This document shows positions 56,836-64,000 of a stretch of DNA of 64,000 nucleotides, piece after piece. The notes under the pieces are model-generated. The model was not told the DNA's origin and made no database searches. It was given only the letters and a program-made list of their open reading frames with translations. Made by a program: the position numbers and the translations under genes. The stretch is taken from positions 99,391 to 163,390 of the forward strand of contig CAYNSR010000004.1 of NCBI GenBank assembly GCA_964400125.1. The letters are read 5' to 3'. How positions within the stretch are numbered: the stretch's first letter is position 1; each line of letters begins with the position of its first letter. The DNA comes from an uncultured Micavibrio sp. GTDB taxonomy: Bacteria; Pseudomonadota; Alphaproteobacteria; Micavibrionales; Micavibrionaceae.

Positions 56836-57910
56836 CCTGCTTGCGCCACTCAGCGACGATTTTATCGTTTTCAACCTGTTCCGTTACCTGACCTTCAGGA
56901 CCGGCGCGGCAATCATGACGGCTCTGGTGATCTGTTTTATTCTCGGGCCAGGCATGATCCGCTGGCTGAAATCGAAACAGGCCGAAGGCCAGCCGATTCG
57001 CGCCGATGGTCCGGAAACACATTTCAAAAAAGCCGGAACGCCGACCATGGGCGGGCTGATGATTCTTGTCAGTGTTGTCGCCAGTACATTGTTATGGGCA
57101 GATCTGGCCAATCCGTTTATCTGGATTTCCCTGCTGGTCATGGTCGGGTTCGGCGTTTTGGGTTTTGTAGATGATTACACCAAGCTGACGCGCAGGAACA
57201 CCAAGGGCGTTTCAGCAAGAATGAAGCTGGCGATGCAGATTATCGTGGCGTTGGCAGCGACGCTGGCGATCATGCATTTCCTGCCTGAAAACATGTCCAG
57301 TCACGTTGCGATTCCCTTTTTCAAGAGTCTGTTTATCAACCTGTCGTGGTTCTTTATTCCCTGGGCGATCATCGTCATGATCGGGGCATCGAATGCGGTC
57401 AACCTGACCGATGGGCTGGACGGGCTGGCGATTGTACCCGTGGCGATTGTGGCAGCGTGTTTTGGCCTGTTCAGTTACGTTGTCGGGAATGCCATGTTTG
57501 CCAATTATCTGCAAATCCCCTTCGTTCCGGGAACGGGGGAGCTGGCGATTTTATGCGGGGCTTTGGTCGGCGCGGCGATGGGATTTTTATGGTATAACAC
57601 GCCGCCAGCCATGGTTTTTATGGGCGATACGGGATCTCTGGCAATGGGCGGCGTGTTGGGCACGATTGCGGTGATTACCAAGCATGAACTGGTTCTGGCG
57701 ATTGTCGGCGGTTTGTTCGTTTTGGAAACGGTATCGGTCATTGTGCAGGTCGCATCGTTCAAGCTGACCGGAAAGCGTGTGTTTCGTATGGCACCATTGC
57801 ATCACCATTTTGAAAAGAAAGGCTGGTCTGAGCCGACCGTCGTAATCCGTTTCTGGATTATCGCGATGATTCTGGCGCTGATCGGGTTATCGACATTGAA
57901 GCTGCGATGA
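56825..57910 (+). CDS. mraY: Phospho-N-acetylmuramoyl-pentapeptide-transferase
   Basis: [13 protein letters not shown] and HHHFE motifs. The GTG start (VLYNLL...) overlaps murF by 11 nt. Confidence 0.95.
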   Translation: MLYNLLAPLSDDFIVFNLFRYLTFRTGAAIMTALVICFILGPGMIRWLKSKQAEGQPIRADGPETHFKKAGTPTMGGLMILVSVVASTLLWADLANPFIWISLLVMVGFGVLGFVDDYTKLTRRNTKGVSARMKLAMQIIVALAATLAIMHFLPENMSSHVAIPFFKSLFINLSWFFIPWAIIVMIGASNAVNLTDGLDGLAIVPVAIVAACFGLFSYVVGNAMFANYLQIPFVPGTGELAILCGALVGAAMGFLWYNTPPAMVFMGDTGSLAMGGVLGTIAVITKHELVLAIVGGLFVLETVSVIVQVASFKLTGKRVFRMAPLHHHFEKKGWSEPTVVIRFWIIAMILALIGLSTLKLR

Positions 57911-59313
57911 TTGATCTGAAACCGTATGTGCAGAGTTTGGCAGGAAAGCCTGTGGCCGTTTTTGGGCTCGGGCTGTCCGGCATGGCTTGTGTGCGCGCTC
58001 TGGTCGCAGCGGGTGCGGTCGTTCATGTCTGGGACGATGATGAGGTGCGGCGCAAGGCGGCAGAACAGTTAGGTGCTGCGATAAACAATCTGTCGGCGCT
58101 CGATGGCTATGCTTTTTTATTGCTGTCGCCGGGAATTCCACTGCATCACCCGGCGCCGCATCCGGTGGTGGAGCGGGCGAGAGCGGCGGAGATCCCGATT
58201 ATCGGCGATATTGAATTGTTACACCGTGCCGGACATGGATTAAAGACGATCGGCGTGACCGGAACCAATGGCAAATCGACAACGACCGCGCTGATCGGCC
58301 ATATACTGGCGCGCGCGGGGTTAAGGCCCGCCATTGGCGGGAATATCGGCACAGCCGTCATGGAGATGAATCTGGCCGGGGCCGGAATTATTGTGCTGGA
58401 GCTGTCATCCTATCAACTGGATTTGTGCGATACATTTGCACCGGATATTGCCATTCATCTGAATCTGACCCCGGACCATATCGACCGTCATGGCGATTTA
58501 AACGGTTACATCAATGCAAAGATGCGGATATTCCGGGGTGCAGGTGATGCGGTGATCGGTATGGATGATGATTCGTCAAAGGCAATGGCGGAACTTGTGC
58601 AAAAATCAGGGCAACGTATCGTTTACGGCATTTCCACCGCTGAAAAAATCCGGCGCGGGGCCTATGTCAGAGAAGGAAAGATTCACGATACAATGCAGGA
58701 ACAGGATGATGTCGTCGGAAATTTAACCGGATGCGCAAATTTGCAAGGCATTCACAATCATCAAAATGCTGCTGCGGCGTATGTTGCCTGCCGTCTTGTG
58801 GCGGTAAAGCCGGAAACCGTTTTTGCGGGCATGGGGACGTATCCCGGTCTGCCGCACCGCATGTTTACGGTGCGTACGCTGAACGGCGTTGCCTATGTCA
58901 ATGACAGCAAGGCCACCAATGCTGATGCCGCCGGAAAGGCGTTGGCCTGCTACCGCAATATTTACTGGATTCTCGGCGGGAAGCCGAAGGCCGGAGGTCT
59001 GAGCGGGCTGGAGCCGCTTATGGACCGGGTGCGTCATGCCTTTGTCATCGGGGAGGCAGCGGAAGATTTTTCTGCGTGGCTGAAGAACAACGGTGTTCCG
59101 GTCCGTTCCTGTGGTACGCTGGAGCGTGCGGTGGCCGATGCGCATCTTTTGGCGCAGGGTGATCGCGGCCAGCCCGGCGGGGCGGAGGTCGTTCTGCTGT
59201 CTCCAGCCTGCGCTTCTTTCGATCAGTTCCGGTCGTTCGAACATCGGGGTGATGTGTTTGCGGATATTGTCCTCAGGCTGGAGGAAAATACGATGAGGGA
59301 GGCGGCACGATGA
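57907..59313 (+). CDS. murD: UDP-N-acetylmuramoylalanine--D-glutamate ligase
   Basis: [15 protein letters not shown] overlap with mraY. Confidence 0.9.
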   Translation: MIDLKPYVQSLAGKPVAVFGLGLSGMACVRALVAAGAVVHVWDDDEVRRKAAEQLGAAINNLSALDGYAFLLLSPGIPLHHPAPHPVVERARAAEIPIIGDIELLHRAGHGLKTIGVTGTNGKSTTTALIGHILARAGLRPAIGGNIGTAVMEMNLAGAGIIVLELSSYQLDLCDTFAPDIAIHLNLTPDHIDRHGDLNGYINAKMRIFRGAGDAVIGMDDDSSKAMAELVQKSGQRIVYGISTAEKIRRGAYVREGKIHDTMQEQDDVVGNLTGCANLQGIHNHQNAAAAYVACRLVAVKPETVFAGMGTYPGLPHRMFTVRTLNGVAYVNDSKATNADAAGKALACYRNIYWILGGKPKAGGLSGLEPLMDRVRHAFVIGEAAEDFSAWLKNNGVPVRSCGTLERAVADAHLLAQGDRGQPGGAEVVLLSPACASFDQFRSFEHRGDVFADIVLRLEENTMREAAR

Positions 59314-60479
59314 ATACCAGGATGTTTTCGCGTACCGACAGGACAATCTGGGGGCGCTGGTGGTGGACTATTGACCGGACTTTGCTGGCGGCAGCGTTGA
59401 TACTGGTTTTTTTCGGGATTTTTCTGGTTGCTGCGGCCAGCCCTCCGGTCGCGGTACGGATTGGCCTGAACGAGTATCATTTTGTAATCCGCCATTTGAT
59501 CGTTCTGGTTCCGGCCCTGCTGGGTATGGTGGCGATTTCCCTTTTCAGCCTGCGCAATCTATGGCGCATGGCAACCATCGTCCTCGGCCTCGGTTTGTTG
59601 GGCATGGTTCTGGTTCTGTTTATCGGCACTGAAATTAAAGGTGCGCAACGATGGATTCCCCTGTTCGGATTTTCGATACAGCCGAGTGAATTTGTAAAAC
59701 CCGCCTTCGCTGTAGTGGCCGCGTGGCTGATCGCCCGCCAGAAGGACAGGCCCGGTTTTCCCGGCTATATGGTGACAGGCGCGATTTTTCTGCTTGTGAT
59801 ATCGCTGTTGTTGTTGCAGCCCGATATGGGAATGACTCTGGTCACGTTTTCCATTCTCTGCGCCCAGATTTTTCTGGCCGGATTGCCGATGGGAATCGTT
59901 GCGGTAACGTTTCTGGGCGGCATCGCAGCAGTCGGATTCGGTTACATCGCGCTTGACCATGTGCGCAGCCGTATTGACCGATTTTTAAATCCGGAAAGCG
60001 GGGATACGTTTCAGGTTGATCGTGCGCTGGAAGCTTTCCGGAACGGTGGCCTGTTCGGGACCGGGCCGGGGCAGGGAACTGTAAAGCTGTCGATTCCCGA
60101 TGCCCATTCGGACTTTATTTTTGCGGTTGCAGGCGAGGAGCTGGGGTTTGTTTTTCTGGCCATTTTGCTGGCGGCGCTGGCCTTCATCATCCTGCGCGGT
60201 CTGAACAGGGTCATGGACAGTGATAATATGTTCGTTATTCTGGCGACTGGCGGGTTGTTGATGATGTTCGGGATACAGGCACTCGTCCATATCGGATCGA
60301 ACGTGCATCTCATCCCGACCAAGGGAATGACTCTGCCGTTTATCAGTTATGGCGGATCTTCTCTGCTGGCGACATCGTTCACGGTCGGGATGATTCTGGC
60401 GCTGACGCGCAGGCATCCGAAAGTGTCGGTTTCACGCAGCAGCCTTTCGTCGCGTCCAGCCATGGCAGCGCAGCTTTAG
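59310..60479 (+). CDS. ftsW: Peptidoglycan glycosyltransferase FtsW (SEDS family)
   Basis: Polytopic protein with SEDS motifs (QPSEFVKP, GMTLPFISYGGSS). Confidence 0.9.
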   Translation: MNTRMFSRTDRTIWGRWWWTIDRTLLAAALILVFFGIFLVAAASPPVAVRIGLNEYHFVIRHLIVLVPALLGMVAISLFSLRNLWRMATIVLGLGLLGMVLVLFIGTEIKGAQRWIPLFGFSIQPSEFVKPAFAVVAAWLIARQKDRPGFPGYMVTGAIFLLVISLLLLQPDMGMTLVTFSILCAQIFLAGLPMGIVAVTFLGGIAAVGFGYIALDHVRSRIDRFLNPESGDTFQVDRALEAFRNGGLFGTGPGQGTVKLSIPDAHSDFIFAVAGEELGFVFLAILLAALAFIILRGLNRVMDSDNMFVILATGGLLMMFGIQALVHIGSNVHLIPTKGMTLPFISYGGSSLLATSFTVGMILALTRRHPKVSVSRSSLSSRPAMAAQL

Positions 60480-60496
60480 AATACAGGGTAGCGGGT

Positions 60497-61651
60497 ATGC
60501 ATGAACATAATACGGATAAACTGGTTCTAATCAGCGCAGGCGGCACCGGGGGGCATATGTTCCCGGCGGCGGCGTTGGCGCAGGATTTGCTGTCACGGGG
60601 TTTCCGCGTTGAACTGGTCACGGACCCGCGTGGAAAAAGATTCACAGAAAGCTTCGGTACAATTCCAATCACGGTCATTCAGGCCGGAACGCTGGGGTCT
60701 GGCTTGCTGGGAAAAATCAGCGGTGTCGGCGGGCTTGCCATGGGTATCGTCCAGAGCCTGCGTCTGCTTGATCGCCTGAAGCCCTCTGTCGTGATCGGGT
60801 TTGGCGGGTATCCGTCTTTTCCGGCGGTTTATGCGGCGCAGCGTAAAAAAATTCCGACGATCATTCACGAACAAAACGCCATCCTTGGCCGGGCCAATTC
60901 CGCATTGGCACCGCGTGCGGATCGTATTGCATTGTCCATGTCGCATATCCACGGGCTGGACGCGGACGATGTGCCGCGCGCAACGGTGACAGGAAATCCG
61001 ATCCGGGAAGAAATTGCCGCGCTCTATTCGCGCCCCTATCCGACCGTGCAGCCGGACGGGGTGCTGCGGATTTTGATTATGGGCGGGTCTCTCGGGGCGC
61101 ATGTTTTTTCGGATATTGTGCCAAAGGCTCTGGCAAAATTAGCTCCCGAACACCGCGCCAGACTGAATATCGTGCAGCAATGCCGCGCGGATGATCTTGA
61201 TGCCGTGCGCAAGGCCTATGAGGCCGCCGGAATTCAATGCGATTTGCACCAGTTTATCAACAACGTGCCGGAACAACTGGCGCAGGCGCATCTGGTGATT
61301 GCCCGGTCCGGGGCCAGCACGGTGGCAGAAGTCACCACGGCGGGCCGTCCGGCGATCTTTGTGCCCTATCCGCACCATGAGGACCAGCAGCAAAAAATCA
61401 ATGCCGACACTGTCGCCGATGTGGGCGGTGCGTGGGTAATGACGCAAAACGGTTTTACCGAGGAGGCCGTTTTAGCGCGGGTGGAAACGTTCCTGCAAAA
61501 CCCGGAAGTCCTGTTCCGTGCGGCCGAAAACGCCCGCAGCATGGGACGCCCGGACGCGGCGCGCCGTCTGGGCAATCTGGTCACGGCGATTGCCAGCGGA
61601 TGGGACCGCAATACGGGCCGCGCCGTCGATCCGGTCATTGCCCAGGATTAG
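60497..61651 (+). CDS. murG: UDP-N-acetylglucosamine--N-acetylmuramyl-(pentapeptide) pyrophosphoryl-undecaprenol N-acetylglucosamine transferase
   Basis: GGTGGHMFPA motif and dcw position. Confidence 0.9.
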   Translation: MHEHNTDKLVLISAGGTGGHMFPAAALAQDLLSRGFRVELVTDPRGKRFTESFGTIPITVIQAGTLGSGLLGKISGVGGLAMGIVQSLRLLDRLKPSVVIGFGGYPSFPAVYAAQRKKIPTIIHEQNAILGRANSALAPRADRIALSMSHIHGLDADDVPRATVTGNPIREEIAALYSRPYPTVQPDGVLRILIMGGSLGAHVFSDIVPKALAKLAPEHRARLNIVQQCRADDLDAVRKAYEAAGIQCDLHQFINNVPEQLAQAHLVIARSGASTVAEVTTAGRPAIFVPYPHHEDQQQKINADTVADVGGAWVMTQNGFTEEAVLARVETFLQNPEVLFRAAENARSMGRPDAARRLGNLVTAIASGWDRNTGRAVDPVIAQD

Positions 61652-61674
61652 AGTGCGCCACGCCCAAGAGAATT

Positions 61675-62250
61675 TTATGCGGCCTGTTTTTTCTTCGCCT
61701 GCGTATGGGTCCGGGTCCATTCTTCCAGCTTGTCGATAAAACTCTGCAGGAAGGCACCGGTTTTTTCATTGGCGATATTGCCGTCGGGATCGACCATGTC
61801 ATCCTTCCATGTCAGGTAGACTTCCGGTTGGCCCATCGTCGGCATATCGAGGAAGCCGGCCGTGATGCTGCGCAGGTGGTTTTGCGCCACTGCCGTTCCG
61901 GCGGCACCCGGCGATGTGCCGCAGATTGCAGCGGGTTTTCCGGCAAAAGAACTCTGGCCATAGGGGCGTGAGGCCCAGTCAATTGCGTTTTTCAAAACGC
62001 CGGGAATAGAACGGTTGTATTCAGGCGTTACGAACAGAACGGCATCGGCGCTTTCGATCTGCTGCTTGATGCGCGCGACGGGCGCGGGCAGGGGCGATTC
62101 ATTGTCCTGATTGAACAGGGGCAAATCGCCGATTTCAACATAGGAAAAACGCATTTTTCCAGCGGCGCGTTTTTCCAGTGCCTGCGCCAGTTTGCGATTA
62201 AAAGAATCTTTGCGGAGGCTTCCTATTATCACGGCAATATTCATCATCAC
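61675..62250 (-). CDS. NADPH-dependent FMN reductase family protein
   Basis: [18 protein letters not shown] and [20 protein letters not shown] motifs. Confidence 0.8.
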   Translation of the reverse strand: MMMNIAVIIGSLRKDSFNRKLAQALEKRAAGKMRFSYVEIGDLPLFNQDNESPLPAPVARIKQQIESADAVLFVTPEYNRSIPGVLKNAIDWASRPYGQSSFAGKPAAICGTSPGAAGTAVAQNHLRSITAGFLDMPTMGQPEVYLTWKDDMVDPDGNIANEKTGAFLQSFIDKLEEWTRTHTQAKKKQAA

Positions 62251-62422
62251 GGATATCCTTTGTCCAGAGGGGCATGGGTGTTTTCGTTCAAAGAGAATAT
62301 ACCGAAAACGGCAAAGGAAAAGCCCGCAGGGAAAATCCTCCGCAAGGCGGCGAGATTATGACATTCTTCGCTTGCATGCGGCGCGGCTTTGCTGCAAAAC
62401 CATGGGGAAAGGAACTATAGCC

Positions 62423-63880
62423 ATGCCTCGTTTTCCCCTTGATATCGGGACGTTACATTTTATCGGCATTGGCGGCATCGGCATGTCCGGGATTGCCGAG
62501 GTGCTGCACGATCTGGGCTATGCGGTACAGGGGTCCGACATGGCCGAAAACGGCAATGTCCTGCGCCTGAAATCAAAGGGAATCAAAATCGGTATCGGCC
62601 ATGCGCCGGAAAATCTTGTCACGGCGGACGGTGTTTTGCCTGCCGTCGTTATTATTTCGTCAGCGGTCAAGGCGGATAACCCCGAACTTTCTACAGCCCG
62701 CGACCAGCAATTGCCCATCGTGCGCCGTGCCGAGATGCTGGCAGAACTGATGCGTCTGAAATGGGCAATCGCCATCGGCGGGACTCACGGCAAAACAACG
62801 ACGACGTCGATGGTTGGAACCATGCTGGAAGAGGGGCAATTCGACCCGACCGTCATCAACGGTGGAATCGTCAACGCCTACGGAACCAATACCCGCCTTG
62901 GCCGCAGTGAATGGATGGTCGTCGAAGCGGATGAAAGTGACGGTACTTTTACGCGCCTGCCCGCCACGATTGTCGTTGTCACCAATATGGATCCTGAACA
63001 TATGGAGCATTACGGCGATTTCGACGGGGTGCGCACAGCGTATCGGCAATATGTCGAAAATATCCCGTTTTACGGTTTCGCGGCCTTGTGTCTCGATCAT
63101 CCGGAAGTGCAGTCTTTAGTTGCCGAAATCACGGACCGCCGTGTTATTACCTACGGGTTTAACCCGCAGGCCGATGTGCGGGCGGATAATGTCACCTTCA
63201 AGGGCGGAATCGCGACATTCGATGTCAGTTTTGCACCGTGGCTTTGTGAAAGCGGGGAAGATGTCATCAGCGATATGAAACTGCCGATGCTCGGCATGCA
63301 CAATGTACAAAACGCGCTCGCCGCCCTGACTATCGGCCACAAGCTGGGTATGCCTGCCAGCGTGATGAAGCGGGCGCTGGAAAAATTCACGGGCGTCAAG
63401 CGGCGGTTTACCCGCACCGGGGAAATCAACGGCGTCACGGTGATCGATGATTACGGCCATCACCCGGTTGAAATTGCGGCTGTGTTGAAGGCCGGGCGCA
63501 TGGCGGTTGAAGACACAGGCGGAAAAATCATTGCCGTTTTCCAGCCGCATCGGTATTCGCGTCTGGACAGCCTGTTCGATCAGTTCTGCACCTGCTTCAA
63601 CGAAGCGGAGCATGTGATCGTTGCTGATGTCTATGCCGCCGGGGAGGCCCCGATACCTGGGGCCGACAAGAAGCATCTGGTGGATGGAATCAAGCGCCAC
63701 GGTCACCGCCATGTGGAAGCCATGACCAGCCCCGAGGATTTGCCAGGGATGGTCATGAAGCTGGCCAAGCCGGGAGATTATGTGATCTGCCTTGGCGCCG
63801 GAAATATCACGCAATGGGCTTATGCGTTGCCGGGGCAACTGGATTCATTGCGGGATGACAAGAAAAAGGCGCGGGCCTGA
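62423..63880 (+). CDS. murC: UDP-N-acetylmuramate--L-alanine ligase
   Basis: [17 protein letters not shown] and [11 protein letters not shown]. Start chosen at the ATG after GGGGAAAGGAA (alternative at 62402). Confidence 0.9.
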   Translation: MPRFPLDIGTLHFIGIGGIGMSGIAEVLHDLGYAVQGSDMAENGNVLRLKSKGIKIGIGHAPENLVTADGVLPAVVIISSAVKADNPELSTARDQQLPIVRRAEMLAELMRLKWAIAIGGTHGKTTTTSMVGTMLEEGQFDPTVINGGIVNAYGTNTRLGRSEWMVVEADESDGTFTRLPATIVVVTNMDPEHMEHYGDFDGVRTAYRQYVENIPFYGFAALCLDHPEVQSLVAEITDRRVITYGFNPQADVRADNVTFKGGIATFDVSFAPWLCESGEDVISDMKLPMLGMHNVQNALAALTIGHKLGMPASVMKRALEKFTGVKRRFTRTGEINGVTVIDDYGHHPVEIAAVLKAGRMAVEDTGGKIIAVFQPHRYSRLDSLFDQFCTCFNEAEHVIVADVYAAGEAPIPGADKKHLVDGIKRHGHRHVEAMTSPEDLPGMVMKLAKPGDYVICLGAGNITQWAYALPGQLDSLRDDKKKARA

Positions 63881-63911
63881 TCCTGTCCGGCCCGATGGTG
63901 TGAAATCCCTC

Positions 63912-64000
63912 ATGCAAAATACACTCCCCCATATTGGCCGTCTTCCCCCCGTGCGCGGGCGCTATACGGAAAACGCCCCCCTCGGCGAGGTTGGCTGGTT
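63912..64000 (+). CDS. murB: UDP-N-acetylenolpyruvoylglucosamine reductase, N-terminal fragment (runs off the window)
   Basis: MQNTLPHIGRLPPVRGRYTENAPLGEVGW matches the typical MurB N-terminus and the expected dcw position. Confidence 0.6.
   Translation, partial: MQNTLPHIGRLPPVRGRYTENAPLGEVGW

Noticed and set aside
1-64000. CRISPR arrays, rRNA, tRNA, tmRNA, prophage or IS elements
   Set aside because: No spaced direct-repeat arrays were seen. Apart from rnpB, no tRNA-like T-loop/acceptor signatures or conserved rRNA/tmRNA motifs were seen. No phage or transposase-like translations appear in the ORF track.

Overview
The window looks like a chromosomal segment of an alphaproteobacterium. The evidence is the divK-pleD pair, an EipB/DUF1849-like gene, sdhCDAB, and a dcw cluster in the order rsmH-ftsL-ftsI-murE-murF-mraY-murD-ftsW-murG-murC-murB. 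GC is in the mid-50s by eye. Most of it is densely packed housekeeping. This includes rnd, aspS, hsp20, rpmG, rnr, topA, dprA, plsY, pyrB, asd, sdh, msrA, PNP, an AmpD-like amidase, RNase P RNA and the dcw cluster, plus several c-di-GMP and two-component genes. I saw no rRNA, tRNA, CRISPR array, transposase or integrase. The stand-out region is about 23.46-34.46 kb, a compact operon for a type IV filament (T4P/T2SS-like) machine. It encodes a lipoprotein secretin, a zinc-finger GspE/PilB-type ATPase, a PilC/GspF-like platform protein and a divergently placed short A24 prepilin peptidase. Its remaining parts are non-canonical. These are a periplasmic protein with three Ig-like repeats and a PilP/GspC-like C-terminus, two orphan bitopic proteins in the GspL/GspM positions, and two equal-length pilin-like proteins. 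Those pilin-like proteins have GspK/PilX-style ERG leaders and lack the conserved Glu5, and no canonical major pilin is present. A receiver gene opens the operon and a convergent soluble hybrid kinase-HPt gene closes it. Secondary points of interest are an AT-rich single-gene islet after aspS encoding a PD-(D/E)XK-like protein next to a REP-like palindrome, an interrupted sdh operon, a dcw cluster without mraZ and with an opposite-strand insertion, and a putative metal-related DUF2946/OMP pair. All functional calls come from motif recognition by eye in the supplied translations. No database search was run.
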